Below, piece by piece: positions 19,829 through 30,666 of a stretch of 64,000 nucleotides of DNA. The notes beneath the pieces were generated by a model. The model made no database searches, was not told the DNA's origin, and saw only the letters and a list, made by a program, of their open reading frames with translations. A program made the position numbers and the translations under genes. The DNA comes from an uncultured delta proteobacterium (lineage in GTDB: Bacteria > Myxococcota_A > UBA9160 > SMWR01). How positions within the stretch are numbered: position 1 is the stretch's first letter; every line of letters begins with the position of its first letter. The stretch lies in the NCBI GenBank assembly GCA_963832165.1, contig CAWHTE010000011.1, positions 768,001 through 832,000 on the forward strand, read 5' to 3'.

Positions 19829-22800
19829 TGCGCGCGACCGATCTCTTCATCAAGCGGCCCGTGCTCGCGATCGTCGTCAACCTCGTGATCCTGATCGCAG
19901 GCTTGCAGGCGATCCGGTCGCTCTCCGTGCGGCAGTACCCGCGCAGCGATATCGCGGTGGTCAAGGTGGCGACCGCGTACGTCGGCGCCAACGCCGACCT
20001 CGTGCGCGGATTTGTCACGACGCCGCTCGAGCGCGTGATCGCGAGCGCCGACGGCATCGATTACGTGGAGTCCTCGAGCGCGCAGGGTCTCTCCACGATC
20101 ACCGTCCACCTGAAGCTCAACTACGACACCAACGCGGCGCTCACCCAGATCCAGGCGAAGGTGGCGCAGGTGCGCAACGACCTGCCGCCCGAGGCCGAGG
20201 CGCCCGAGATCGAGCTCGAGACGGCGGACAACCGTTTCGCCGCGGTGTACCTGGGCTTTTCGTCGGCGGATCTCGATCAGAACCAGATCACCGACTACCT
20301 GACGCGCGTCGTGCAGCCGCGGCTCTCCGCGATCAGCGGCGTCCAGCGCGCCGACATTCTCGGCGATCGCACGTTCGCGATGCGGATCTGGCTCGACCCC
20401 GAGAAGATGGCGGCGCGCGGCATCTCCCCGTCCGCGGTGCGGGACGTGCTCGCGCGCAACAACGCGCTGTCGGCGCTCGGGCGCACCAAGGGATCGATGG
20501 TGTCCGTGAACCTGGTCGCCAATACGGACCTGCGCACGCCCGAGGAGTTCCGCCAGCTCGTGGTGAAGCAAGAGAACGGCGTCGTCGTGCGGCTCGGCGA
20601 GATCGCGGAGGTCGTGCTAGGGGCCGAGAACTACGAGGAGGACGTCCGCTTCAACGGCGAGGCCGCGACCTTCATGGGCGTCTGGGTGCTGCCCACCGCG
20701 AACGCGCTCGAGGTCGTCGCCGCGGTTCGCGAGGTGATACCGGAGATCGAGGCGCAGCTGCCGACCGGAATGAAGGTTGGCATCCCCTACGACTCGACCG
20801 AGTACATCCGGGATGCCATCCACGAGGTGCTCTCGACGCTCACTGAGACGCTCCTGATCGTGGTGGCGGTGATCTTCCTGTTCCTCGGCTCGGTGCGCTC
20901 GGTCGTGATCGCGGTCGTCGCGATCCCGATCTCGCTCATCGGCGCGGTGTTCCTGATGCTCGTCGCCGGCTTCACGATCAACCTGCTGACGCTGCTCGCG
21001 ATCGTGCTGTCGGTGGGCCTCGTGGTCGACGACGCGATCGTGATGGTCGAGAACATCGAGCGGCACCTGCACTTGGGCAAGCGCCCGCACCGCGCGGCCA
21101 TCGACGCGGCGCGTGAGCTGCTCGGCCCGATCGTCGCCATGACGATCACGCTGGCCGCCGTGTACGCGCCGGTCGGCATCCAGGGTGGGCTGACCGGCTC
21201 GCTGTTCCGCGAGTTCGCGTTCACGCTCGCGGGCGCCGTGATCGTGTCGGGCGTGGTGGCGCTGACGCTCTCACCGATGATGGGCTCGAAGCTCCTGCGC
21301 GCGGGCGACAGCGAGCGCGGCTTCGCCGGCTGGATCAACCGGCGCTTCGAACGCGTTCGCCATGCCTATACCGCGCGCCTGTCGAATTCGCTGCGCTTCC
21401 AGCCGGTCGTGCTCGTGCTCTGGGCGATCGTGGTCGTCTCGATCGTGCCCTTCTACCGCTATTCGCAGCGCGAGCTCGCACCCGCCGAGGATCAGGGCGT
21501 GGTGTTCTCGATCATCCAGTCCGCGCCGAACGCGACGCTCGACCAGACGAAGCTCTTCACGGCGCAGATCCACGACGTCTATCGGTCGCTGCCCGAGGCC
21601 GCGAGCATCTTCCAGATCACTTCCCCGGCCGGCGGCTTTGGCGGAATGGTGACCGTGCCGTGGAGCGAGCGCAGCAAAACCGCACAAGAGCTGATGCTCG
21701 ATTCCACGAAGACGCTCTCGAAGATCCCGGGCATCCGCGCGATTCCGACGACTCCTCCGCCGCTGCCCGGCGGCGGCGACTTCCCGGTCGACCTCGTGAT
21801 CGCCTCGGCCGCGGAGCCGCGGCAGCTCGACGAGGTGGCCCGCGAGCTGATCGCGAAGGCGAGAGAGAGCGGACTGTTCATCTACGCCGACGCCGATCTC
21901 AAGTTCGATCAGCCCCAGAGCGAAGTCGTGTTCGACCGCGACAAGGTGCGCGTGCAGGGCGTCGACCTCCAGAAGGCCGGGCTCGACCTCGCCACGATGC
22001 TCGGCGGCGACTACGTCAACCGATTCAGCATCGATGGTCGCAGCTACAAGGTGATCCCGCAGATCCAGCGCGCCGATCGGCTCACGCCGGATCAGCTCGA
22101 GCAGATCCACGTCACGGGCGCGAACGGCAGGCTCGTGCCGCTGTCGACGTTCGCGAGCCTGCGGTCCTCCGCCGAGCCGCGCGAGCTCAAGAAGTTCCAG
22201 CAGCTGAACGCGGTGCGCGTGCAGGGAGTGATCCCGCCGACGGTTCCGCTCGACCGCGCGCTGAGCTTCCTCGAGCGCGAGGCGCGCAAGGCCTTGCCGC
22301 AGGGCTTCTCGATCGACTACGCAGGCGAGTCGCGCCAGCTGCGCGTGGAGGGCGGCCGGTTCCTCGGCACCTTCCTGCTCTCGGCGGTGCTGATCTATCT
22401 CGTGCTCGCGGCGCAGTTCGAGAGCTTCCGCGATCCCCTGATCATCCTCGCGGGCTCGGTGCCGCTCGCACTCGCCGGGGCGCTCGTGTTCTCGTTCCTC
22501 GGCTGGACGACGCTCAACGTGTACAGCCAGGTCGGACTGATCACGCTGGTGGGCCTCGTCTCGAAGAACGGGATCCTGATCGTGGAGTTTGCCAACCATC
22601 TCCAGGAGACCGGCAAGGACAAGCTCGCGGCGATCGTCGAGGCGTCGGCTACGCGCCTGCGCCCGATCCTCATGACCACGGCGGCGACCGTCGTCGGCCA
22701 CTTCCCGCTCGTGCTCGCGGCGGGTCCCGGAGCCGGCGCCCGCAACAGCATCGGCATCATGCTCGTCAGCGGCATGGTGATCGGGACGTTGTTCACACTG

Positions 22801-22941
22801 TTCGTCGTGCCGTCGATCTACATGCTCCTCGCGCGCGAGCACGCGCGGTCGGAGGCGGACGAGGCGCCGGCGCGGCTCGTGCGCCGACCGCAACCCGCGT
22901 GGGGGCGCGCGCAGATCGAGGCGGCGGCGCGCCGCATGTGA
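19828..22941 (+). CDS. RND efflux permease (AcrB family, MexI/MexW-like)
   Basis: FIKRPVLA, GLVVDDAIVMVEN, KNGILIVEFAN, RLRPILMTT; TGATG overlap with the adaptor gene. Confidence 0.95.
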   Translation: MRATDLFIKRPVLAIVVNLVILIAGLQAIRSLSVRQYPRSDIAVVKVATAYVGANADLVRGFVTTPLERVIASADGIDYVESSSAQGLSTITVHLKLNYDTNAALTQIQAKVAQVRNDLPPEAEAPEIELETADNRFAAVYLGFSSADLDQNQITDYLTRVVQPRLSAISGVQRADILGDRTFAMRIWLDPEKMAARGISPSAVRDVLARNNALSALGRTKGSMVSVNLVANTDLRTPEEFRQLVVKQENGVVVRLGEIAEVVLGAENYEEDVRFNGEAATFMGVWVLPTANALEVVAAVREVIPEIEAQLPTGMKVGIPYDSTEYIRDAIHEVLSTLTETLLIVVAVIFLFLGSVRSVVIAVVAIPISLIGAVFLMLVAGFTINLLTLLAIVLSVGLVVDDAIVMVENIERHLHLGKRPHRAAIDAARELLGPIVAMTITLAAVYAPVGIQGGLTGSLFREFAFTLAGAVIVSGVVALTLSPMMGSKLLRAGDSERGFAGWINRRFERVRHAYTARLSNSLRFQPVVLVLWAIVVVSIVPFYRYSQRELAPAEDQGVVFSIIQSAPNATLDQTKLFTAQIHDVYRSLPEAASIFQITSPAGGFGGMVTVPWSERSKTAQELMLDSTKTLSKIPGIRAIPTTPPPLPGGGDFPVDLVIASAAEPRQLDEVARELIAKARESGLFIYADADLKFDQPQSEVVFDRDKVRVQGVDLQKAGLDLATMLGGDYVNRFSIDGRSYKVIPQIQRADRLTPDQLEQIHVTGANGRLVPLSTFASLRSSAEPRELKKFQQLNAVRVQGVIPPTVPLDRALSFLEREARKALPQGFSIDYAGESRQLRVEGGRFLGTFLLSAVLIYLVLAAQFESFRDPLIILAGSVPLALAGALVFSFLGWTTLNVYSQVGLITLVGLVSKNGILIVEFANHLQETGKDKLAAIVEASATRLRPILMTTAATVVGHFPLVLAAGPGAGARNSIGIMLVSGMVIGTLFTLFVVPSIYMLLAREHARSEADEAPARLVRRPQPAWGRAQIEAAARRM

Positions 22942-23121
22942 CACGGCGGTAGCGACGAACGCTATAGACTGGTGCACCTTTCCGGACAACAAGATGACCG
23001 GATCCTCCTCCCTTCCGGCGGCGCCGTGAACGACGACGCGATCGTCTTCGTCCTCGAACCGCAGGACTCGGAACGCCTACCCCCGAGCGAGCCCTCCGCT
23101 CGCCTAATGGAAGGAACACTC

Positions 23122-23865
23122 ATGTCTCTCAAGAATGCCTCGCGTGGTGTCGTGGCGATGATCGTGTTGGCGCTCGCTTCGGGCGCGCTCGCGCAGTCCA
23201 AGTCGTCGAGTGTCCTGCCCACGGGCGGCGGCAAGATGCTGCTCGATCCCAACGACACGGTGCTCCTGCTGCTCGATCATCAGTCCGGCCTGTTCCAGAC
23301 GGTCAAGGACGTGCCGATCGACGATCTGCGCCGGAACGTCGTGATGCTGGCCCGGCTCGCGACGCTGATGAAGATCCCCGTGATCACGACGGCATCGGAG
23401 CCGAACGGGACGAACGGGCCGATCATGCCCGAGATCGAGGAGTACGCGCCGAAGGCGACCTACGTGCCGCGCAAGGGCGAGGTGAATGCGTGGGACAACG
23501 AGGACTTCGTGAAGGCGGTCCAGGCCACCGGCCGCAAGACGCTGATCATGGCCGGCGTCTGGACGAGCGTGTGCGTGATGTTCCCGGCGCTCGATGCGAC
23601 GGCCGCGGGCTACAAGGTGTATGCGGTGATCGACGCGTCGGGCGACCCGAGCGAGATGGCGTCGCGGGTTTCGATCGCGCGCTTCGCCCAGGGCGGGGTG
23701 ATCCCGACCTCGACGAATGCGGTGCTCTCGGAGGTGCACCGAACCTGGAATCGGCCGGAGGCGGCCGAGCTCGCGAAGCTATACGCGCTGGTCGCGCCCA
23801 ACTACGCCGCCGTGGCCGAGAGCTATCAGAAGGCCCAGGACGTGGCGAAGCAGAAGAAGAAGTGA
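23122..23865 (+). CDS. ycaC: Isochorismatase-family cysteine hydrolase (YcaC-like) with signal peptide
   Basis: LLLLDHQSGL, VNAWDN, AGVWTSVCV, VIDASG; N-terminal hydrophobic ALA-Q leader. Confidence 0.8.
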   Translation: MSLKNASRGVVAMIVLALASGALAQSKSSSVLPTGGGKMLLDPNDTVLLLLDHQSGLFQTVKDVPIDDLRRNVVMLARLATLMKIPVITTASEPNGTNGPIMPEIEEYAPKATYVPRKGEVNAWDNEDFVKAVQATGRKTLIMAGVWTSVCVMFPALDATAAGYKVYAVIDASGDPSEMASRVSIARFAQGGVIPTSTNAVLSEVHRTWNRPEAAELAKLYALVAPNYAAVAESYQKAQDVAKQKKK

Positions 23866-25737
23866 CGGATCTGAACCGACGCGATTTCCTCGAGCTGGCG
23901 TTCGGTGCCGGCCTGGCGCTCGCCTCGGCCGGCCTCCCGCGCACGGCGCGGGCAGCCGGCGGCCCGGCCACGCTGATTCTCACGGGCGGCCGGATCGCCA
24001 CGATGGATCCCGCGCAACCGAGGGTCGAAGCGCTCGCGGTGCGCGATGGACGCGTGCTCGCGGCAGGCTCCGCCAAGTCCGTGATGGAGCACCGCGGCGC
24101 TGCGACGCGCGTGATCGAACTGCGCGGCCGCACCGCGATCCCGGGCCTGCAGGACTCGCACCTTCACGTGATCCGCGGCGGCCTCCACTACAACCTCGAG
24201 CTGCGCTGGGAAGGCGTGCGCTCGCTCGGTGAGGCGCTGGAGCGGCTGCGGATCCAGGCACAGAACACGCCGCCGCCGCAGTGGGTGCGCGTCGTGGGAG
24301 GCTGGAGCGAGTTCCAGTTTGCCGAGGGCCGCATGCCCACGCTCGACGAGCTCAACGCCGCGGCGCCGGAGACGCCCGTCTTCGTGCTCCACCTCTACGA
24401 CCGCGCGCTGCTGAACCGCGCGGCGCTGCGCGTGCTCGGCTACGACGAGCGTCCGCCGAGCTTCGATCGCGGCGTGATCGAGCGCGATGCGAAGGGGCGC
24501 ACGACGGGGATGCTCGTGGCGAAGCCCAGCGCCGCGATCCTCTACGGCACGCTGGGCCGAGCGCCCGTGCTCCCGCGCGAGGACCAGGTCAACTCGTCGC
24601 GCCACTTCATGCGCGAGCTGAATCGCCTCGGCGTGACCAGCGCGATCGACGCCGGAGGCGGTGGCCAGAACTATCCCGACGACTACGCCGTGATCCGGGA
24701 GATCGCGCGCGAAGGACAGATGACCGTGCGCGTGGGCTACGACCTGTTCGCGCAGAAGGCCGGCCAGGAGCTCGACGACTATCAGCCGCTGGATCGGCAT
24801 GACGCGGCCCGGCGACGGCGACGATTTCCTGCGCATGCTCGGCGCGGGCGAGAACCTCAGCTGGGCGGCCGCGGACTTCGAGAACTTCGTCGAGCCGCGG
24901 CCCGACCTCGCCGCGAGCATGGAGGCGCAGCTCGAGCCGATCGTACGGCTGCTTGCAGAGAAGCGCTGGCCGTTCCGGATCCACGCCACCTACGACGAGT
25001 CGATCTCGCGCTTCCTGTCGGTGTTCGAGCGGGTGAACACGGACGTTCCACTCCGCGGCCTGCACTGGTTCATCGACCACGCCGAGACGATCTCCCCGCG
25101 CAATCTCGAGCGCGTCCGCGCGCTCGAGGGCGGGATCGCGATCCAGCACCGCATGGCGTTCCAGGGCGAGTCCTTCGTCTCCCGCTACGGCAAGGAGGCG
25201 GCCTAACACACGCCGCCGATCCGTCGCATGCTCGAGATGGGGCTGCCCGTGGGCGCCGGCACCGATGCGACGCGCGTCGCGAGCCACAATCCCTGGGTGT
25301 GCCTCGGCTGGCTCGTCTCCGGCCGTACGCTAGGCGGCACCCTGCTCTATCCCGAGGCGAACCGGCTGGAACGCGACGAGGCGCTGCGGCTGTGGACGCG
25401 AGGCAGCGCGTGGTTCTCGTCGCAGGAGAACGCGAAGGGCGCGCTCGTCTCGGGCCAGCTCGCCGACGTGGCGGTGCTCTCGAAAGACTTCTTCTCCGTG
25501 CCCGAGGCCGAGATCTCGGCGATCCAGTCCGTGCTGACGGTCGTCGGCGGCAAGGTCGTATTCGCATCCGAGGAATTCGCTTCGCTCGCGCCGCCGCTTC
25601 CGCCGGTGAGCCCGTCGTGGTCGCCGGTGGCGCGCTTCGGCGGTGCGGTATCCGCGCCCGCACGACCGACGCCGCACGCGGCCGCCGGCCACTTCCACGC
25701 CACTAGCACGCTCGGCTGCGACTGCTTCGTCGCCTGA
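23862..25737 (+). pseudogene. Tat-exported YtcJ-like amidohydrolase with a frameshift (about 24787) and an in-frame TAA (25204-25206)
   Basis: NRRDFL Tat motif, PGLQDSHLH, RIHATYDESI, DHAETI, GAGTDATRV spread over three ORF pieces. Confidence 0.85.
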
Positions 25738-25756
25738 CCCATCAAAGGAGGACCCC

Positions 25757-26581
25757 ATGAGCACGATCACCACGAAGGACGGAACGCAGATCTGGTACAA
25801 GGACTGGGGCAAGGGACAGCCCGTCGTCTTCAGTCACGGCTGGCCCCTGTGTGCGGATGCCTGGGACCCGCAGCTGATGTTCCTCGCCGAGCGCGGCTAC
25901 CGGTGCATCGCGCACGACCGCCGGGGCCACGGGCGCTCGAGTCAGCCGTGGCAGGGCAACGAGATGGATACGTACGCCGACGATCTCGCGGCACTCGTGG
26001 AGGAGCTGGACCTCGAGGACGCGATCCACGTGGGACATTCGACCGGCGGAGGCGAGGTGGCGCGCTACATCGGCCGTCACGGTACGAGTCGCGTCGCCAA
26101 GGCGGTGCTGATGGGCGCGGTGCCGCCGATCATGCTGAAGACAGCCGCGAATCCGGGCGGACTCCCGAAAGAGGTGTTCGACGGCTTCCGCTCGGCATAC
26201 CTCGCGGACCGCTCGCAGTTCTTCCTCGACGTCGCAAGCGGACCGTTCTTCGGGTTCAACCGTCCGGGAGCGAAGGTCTCGCAGGGGATGATCCAGTCGT
26301 GGTGGATGCAGGGCATGATGACCGGATACAAGAATGCGTACGACTGCATCGCCGCGTTCTCAGAGACGGACTTCACCGAGGACCTGAAGAAGTTCGACGT
26401 GCCGACGCTCATCCTGCACGGCGACGACGACCAGGTCGTGCCGATCGGTGCGTCGGCGCTGCTCTCGGCGAAGCTCGTGAGCGGGTCGACGCTCGAGGTG
26501 TATCCCGGCGGCTCGCACGCGCTCGGCGACACCAGCAGGGATCGGGTCAACGCGGATCTGCTCGCCTTCTGCAAGGCGTGA
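25757..26581 (+). CDS. Non-heme chloroperoxidase-like alpha/beta hydrolase
   Basis: [36 protein letters not shown]. Confidence 0.9.
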   Translation: MSTITTKDGTQIWYKDWGKGQPVVFSHGWPLCADAWDPQLMFLAERGYRCIAHDRRGHGRSSQPWQGNEMDTYADDLAALVEELDLEDAIHVGHSTGGGEVARYIGRHGTSRVAKAVLMGAVPPIMLKTAANPGGLPKEVFDGFRSAYLADRSQFFLDVASGPFFGFNRPGAKVSQGMIQSWWMQGMMTGYKNAYDCIAAFSETDFTEDLKKFDVPTLILHGDDDQVVPIGASALLSAKLVSGSTLEVYPGGSHALGDTSRDRVNADLLAFCKA

Positions 26582-27996
26582 TCGGGCGGCCTCACCGCCG
26601 CGCCGCCCGTGGCCTCTTGTGCCTGGGGCTCGGCCTCTCGCCGGGTGGTGCCGTCGCGCAGACGGCACCGCCCGCGGAGTGCCCGCGGCCCGAGATCGCG
26701 ACGTCGCGCTACGAGGAGGACTATGGCTTCCTCCGGGATCCCGCGTGCCGCACCGGGCTCTGGGATCCGATCAAGTACATCCCGCTCGTTCCATCCCTCG
26801 ACACGTATCTATCGCTCGGAGGCGACCTGCGCGAGCGCTACGAGCTGCTCGACCACCCCGATTTCAGCGATGCGAATCGGGACACCGACGGGTACCTGCT
26901 GCAGCGCTACATGGTGCACGCGGATCTCCACGTCGGCCCGCACTTCCGCGCGTTCGCGCAGCTCAAGAGCGGTCTCGAGGACGGCCGCACGGGGGGGCCG
27001 CGACCGACCGACGAGGACCGCCTCGATCTCCATCAGGCGTTCGGCGAGGCGATGATGGGCGCTGGCGCCGCTCAGCTATCGCTGCGGGCCGGCCGGCAGG
27101 AGGTGTCGTTCGGATCCTCGCGGCTGGTCAGCGTGCGGGAGGGCCCGAACGTGCGCCGCAGCTTCGACGGCGTGCGCGCGACGGTGGCGGCGCGCAGCTG
27201 GCGGCTCGACGGCATCGGGCTCGCGTCGGCGGAGATGGAGCGCGGCGAGTTCGACGACGACACCGATCGCGGCGAACGCCTGTGGGGCGTGTACGCGTCG
27301 GGGCCGGTGCGAGGCGCCGCGCTCGGACTCGACCTCTACTGGCTTGCGCTGCGCCGCGACGACGCCGGGTACGATCAGGGCACGCACAACGAGCGACGCC
27401 GCTCGATCGGCACGCGCATCTGGGGCGCGCCGGACGCGTGGGACTACAACTTCGAACTCGTCTACCAGTGGGGCTCGTTCGGACCCGGTGACGTCGAGGC
27501 CTGGACCGCGGCCTCGGACACCGGTTACACGATCACCGCGGTCCCGATGCAGCCCCGCCTCGGCTTGCGCGCGAACGCCACGAGCGGCGACCGCAGCCCG
27601 TCGAGTGACAAGCTCGAGACTTTCAACCCTCTGTTTCCGCGCGGATCCTACTTCGGCGAGGCCAGCCTGATCGGGCCGCAGAACCACATGGACCTGCATC
27701 CCGCGCTCGAGCTCCACGTGTTCGACCACGTGCAGCTCGCCGTGGACTGGGATTTCTTCTGGCGCACGAGCGCGGACGACGCGGTCTACCGTGTGTCGGG
27801 TGCGCCGCTCGTCTCGGGAAGCACGAGCCGGGAGCGCTATGTCGGGAGTCAGGGGTCGGTGACGATTGCTTGGCAGCCGCAGAGCCACGTCGAGATCGTG
27901 GGCACGTACGAACACTTCTTCGCGGGCCCGTTCCTCGACGACGCAGGCCGGCGCGACGTGAACTTCGTCGCGCTCTGGCTGAGCATCCGAATCTGA
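26578..27996 (+). CDS. Alginate-export-family outer-membrane beta-barrel protein
   Basis: [59 protein letters not shown] overlap. Confidence 0.85.
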   Translation: MIGRPHRRAARGLLCLGLGLSPGGAVAQTAPPAECPRPEIATSRYEEDYGFLRDPACRTGLWDPIKYIPLVPSLDTYLSLGGDLRERYELLDHPDFSDANRDTDGYLLQRYMVHADLHVGPHFRAFAQLKSGLEDGRTGGPRPTDEDRLDLHQAFGEAMMGAGAAQLSLRAGRQEVSFGSSRLVSVREGPNVRRSFDGVRATVAARSWRLDGIGLASAEMERGEFDDDTDRGERLWGVYASGPVRGAALGLDLYWLALRRDDAGYDQGTHNERRRSIGTRIWGAPDAWDYNFELVYQWGSFGPGDVEAWTAASDTGYTITAVPMQPRLGLRANATSGDRSPSSDKLETFNPLFPRGSYFGEASLIGPQNHMDLHPALELHVFDHVQLAVDWDFFWRTSADDAVYRVSGAPLVSGSTSRERYVGSQGSVTIAWQPQSHVEIVGTYEHFFAGPFLDDAGRRDVNFVALWLSIRI

Positions 27997-29396
27997 TGCG
28001 GCCGAGAGCCGCTGCGCTGTTCGCGTGCTTCCTGGTGCTCGCGTGCGCCCGTTTTCCGGCAAACGCACCGCTCGAGCACTTCGATCCCGCGTACGGCTAC
28101 CGCGTCGCCGCGACGTCGGGGGACACCGACGATTCCCAGCAGCTGCTCTTGATCGTCAACTTCTCGGGCGGCGGGACGCGCGCGGCCGCATTCGCGTACG
28201 GCGTGTTGCAGGCGATGCGTGAGGCGAAGGTGCGGTTCGATGGGCGGGAGCGCGCGCTCGCGGACGAGATCGACATCGTGTCCAGCGTCTCGGGCGGAAG
28301 CTTCACGGCCGCCTACTTCGCGCTCTACGGCGCGCGGGTCTTCGAGGATTTCGAACCGCGATTCCTGCGGCGCAACGTCCAGCGCGCGCTGATCTGGCGC
28401 GTGCTGGCGCCGTGGAACTGGGTGCGCCTCGCCTCGCCGTGGTTCGGCCGCAGCGATCTCGCCGCCGAGTACTACGACGCGCAGATCTTCCACGGGGCGA
28501 CGCTCGGCGACCTGCTTCAGGGCGACGGACCGGCGCTCTTGATCAACGCCACCGACATGACGCTCGCGGCGCGCTTCACGTTCGATCAGGAGCAATTCGA
28601 TCTCTTGTGCTCCGACACGCTGCACTTCCCGATCGCACGAGCGGTGGCGGCGTCCTCGGCGGTCCCGCTCGCGCTGTCGCCGATCACGCTGGAGAACTAC
28701 GCCGCGCGCGGCTGCGGGTACGAGTCGCCCGCGTGGGTGGGCGAGGAGATCGGACGCGGCTATTCGACCACGCGGCTGCACCAGGAGGCGCTGCGGATCG
28801 CGGAGTACCGCGCGGCGCCGAGTGAATCCTACGTGCACCTGCTCGACGGCGCGCTCGCCGACAACCTGGGACTGCGCTTGTCGATCGAGAAGGCGGTCGA
28901 GGCCGGCGGCTATGCGCGATTGGCCGAAGTCGGCGGCTTCAAGCGCTTCCGCCGCGTCGCGTTCCTCGTCGTGAACGCCCAGACCGGGTCGGTGCGCGAA
29001 TGGACCCGCTCGGCAAGCCCCCCTGGCGTGTTGGACGTGCTCACCTCCGCCACCACCGTGACGCTCAATCGCTACAACTACGAAACCGTCGATCTCTTCC
29101 GCGAGAACCTCGATCGCCTCGTCGCAGAGATCCGCGAGGCGCGCTGCCAGCCGCGAGGCGGCGCACCCGTCGCCTCCGACTGCGGTGACGTCGCGGCCCA
29201 TCTGATCGAGATCTCTTTCGCACAGCATCCCGACCCGGACGAGCGCAATTATCTGAACGAGCTGCCCACGGCACTCGCGCTCTCCGATGAACAGCTCGAC
29301 CGGACGATCGCAGCGGCGCGAAAGCTCCTCGAGGCATCGCCAGAGTTCCAGGCGCTATTGCGCGATCTGGCGCAGCTTCCCGGGCGCACGGAGTAA
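27996..29396 (+). CDS. Patatin-like phospholipase (lipoprotein)
   Basis: LVLAC lipobox, FSGGGTRAA, SSVSGGS, LLDGA. Confidence 0.85.
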   Translation: MRPRAAALFACFLVLACARFPANAPLEHFDPAYGYRVAATSGDTDDSQQLLLIVNFSGGGTRAAAFAYGVLQAMREAKVRFDGRERALADEIDIVSSVSGGSFTAAYFALYGARVFEDFEPRFLRRNVQRALIWRVLAPWNWVRLASPWFGRSDLAAEYYDAQIFHGATLGDLLQGDGPALLINATDMTLAARFTFDQEQFDLLCSDTLHFPIARAVAASSAVPLALSPITLENYAARGCGYESPAWVGEEIGRGYSTTRLHQEALRIAEYRAAPSESYVHLLDGALADNLGLRLSIEKAVEAGGYARLAEVGGFKRFRRVAFLVVNAQTGSVREWTRSASPPGVLDVLTSATTVTLNRYNYETVDLFRENLDRLVAEIREARCQPRGGAPVASDCGDVAAHLIEISFAQHPDPDERNYLNELPTALALSDEQLDRTIAAARKLLEASPEFQALLRDLAQLPGRTE

Positions 29397-29473
29397 ACGT
29401 CACCTCCCGAGCACGCGTCCGCTAGTCTTCGCCTCGTGAGCCCTCTGCTGCGCGCTTCCGATCTCGAGCGCCG

Positions 29474-29635
29474 GAAGACCGGATGATCCCGCCGGTGGCA
29501 CAGCGCGCGATGGCGAAGCGCGCGGGCTCCACGGTGGTCGAGGTCTCGGGCAGTCACGCGGTCTATGTGTCGCAGCCGGCTCGCGTGGCCGCCCTGATCG
29601 AGGAGGCGGTCGCCACTGTGAAGGCGGGAGGCTGA
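29474..29635 (+). pseudogene. C-terminal remnant of an alpha/beta hydrolase
   Basis: EDRMIPPVAQRAMAKRAGSTVVEVSGSHAVYVSQPARVAALIEEA* keeps the catalytic Asp/His region only. Confidence 0.75.
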
Positions 29636-29645
29636 GGGAGGCATC

Positions 29646-30590
29646 ATGATGCGCGCGATTCTCGTTGCGTTGCTCGCTGCCGGCTCGCTCGCGACGCCGG
29701 TCCTTGCTCAACCGGCGCCGTTTCCAAAGGGCTTTCGCACGCAGGAGATCGCCACCAACGGCGCGACGCTCCACGTGCGCGTCGGCGGCGCCGGTCCGGC
29801 AGTCGTTCTGCTGCACGGCTATGGCGAGACGGGTGACATGTGGGCGCCGCTCGCCGCCGAGCTCGCGCGTGATCATCGCGTCGTCGTGCCCGATCTCCGC
29901 GGTCTCGGCCTCTCGTCGCGTCCGGCTGGCGGCTATGACAAGAAGACCCAGGCCGGCGACGTCGCGGGCGTGCTCGACGCGCTCGCGATCGAACGCGTGG
30001 ACCTCGTAACGCACGACATCGGGAACATGGTGGGGTTCGCGTTCGCGGCGCAGCACCCCGAGCGTGTCACGTCCTTCGTGATCATGGACGCGCCCGTGCC
30101 CGGCGTCGGGCCCTGGGAAGATGTGCTGAAGAACCCGCTGCTGTGGCACTTCCGGTTTGGTGGACCCGACATGGAGCGCCTCGTCGCCGGGCGCGAGCGG
30201 ATCTACCTCGATCGCTTCTGGAACGAGTTCTCGGCGGATCCCAAGAAGTTCAGCGAGGGATCGCGCCGCCACTACGCGAAGCTCTATGCGAAGCCCGGCG
30301 CGATGCACGCGGGCTTCGCGCAATTCGCCGCGTTCGATCAGGACGCCGTGGACAACCGCGCCTTCCTCGCGCAAGGCCGCCTCGCGATGCCGATGCTCGC
30401 GGTCGGCGGCGAGAAGTCGTTCGGCACGATGCAGGCGTTCATCATGCGCTTCGCCGCCGACGATGTGAAGGGAACGGTGATCCCCGACTCCGGTCATTGG
30501 CTGATGGAGGAGCAGCCGGCAGCGACGGTGGTCGCGGTTCGCTCCTTCCTCGATTCCCACGACGGCACGCGGTGCGATACACCAGAGTAG
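29646..30590 (+). CDS. Secreted alpha/beta hydrolase (epoxide hydrolase-like)
   Basis: Signal peptide, LLHGYGE, DLRGLG, THDIG, SGHWLMEE. Confidence 0.88.
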   Translation: MMRAILVALLAAGSLATPVLAQPAPFPKGFRTQEIATNGATLHVRVGGAGPAVVLLHGYGETGDMWAPLAAELARDHRVVVPDLRGLGLSSRPAGGYDKKTQAGDVAGVLDALAIERVDLVTHDIGNMVGFAFAAQHPERVTSFVIMDAPVPGVGPWEDVLKNPLLWHFRFGGPDMERLVAGRERIYLDRFWNEFSADPKKFSEGSRRHYAKLYAKPGAMHAGFAQFAAFDQDAVDNRAFLAQGRLAMPMLAVGGEKSFGTMQAFIMRFAADDVKGTVIPDSGHWLMEEQPAATVVAVRSFLDSHDGTRCDTPE

Positions 30591-30666
30591 ATGGAGGCCG
30601 AAAGCACGGATCGCCAGATCAGGATAGGGTCGACGCAGACGACGTGAGTCGAAAGGAGGAGGTGGT

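Noticed and set aside
25204..25206. In-frame stop in the amidohydrolase as possible selenocysteine/pyrrolysine recoding, given the selB fragment
   Set aside because: The codon is TAA, not TGA or TAG, it is at a non-catalytic position, and the gene also has a frameshift.
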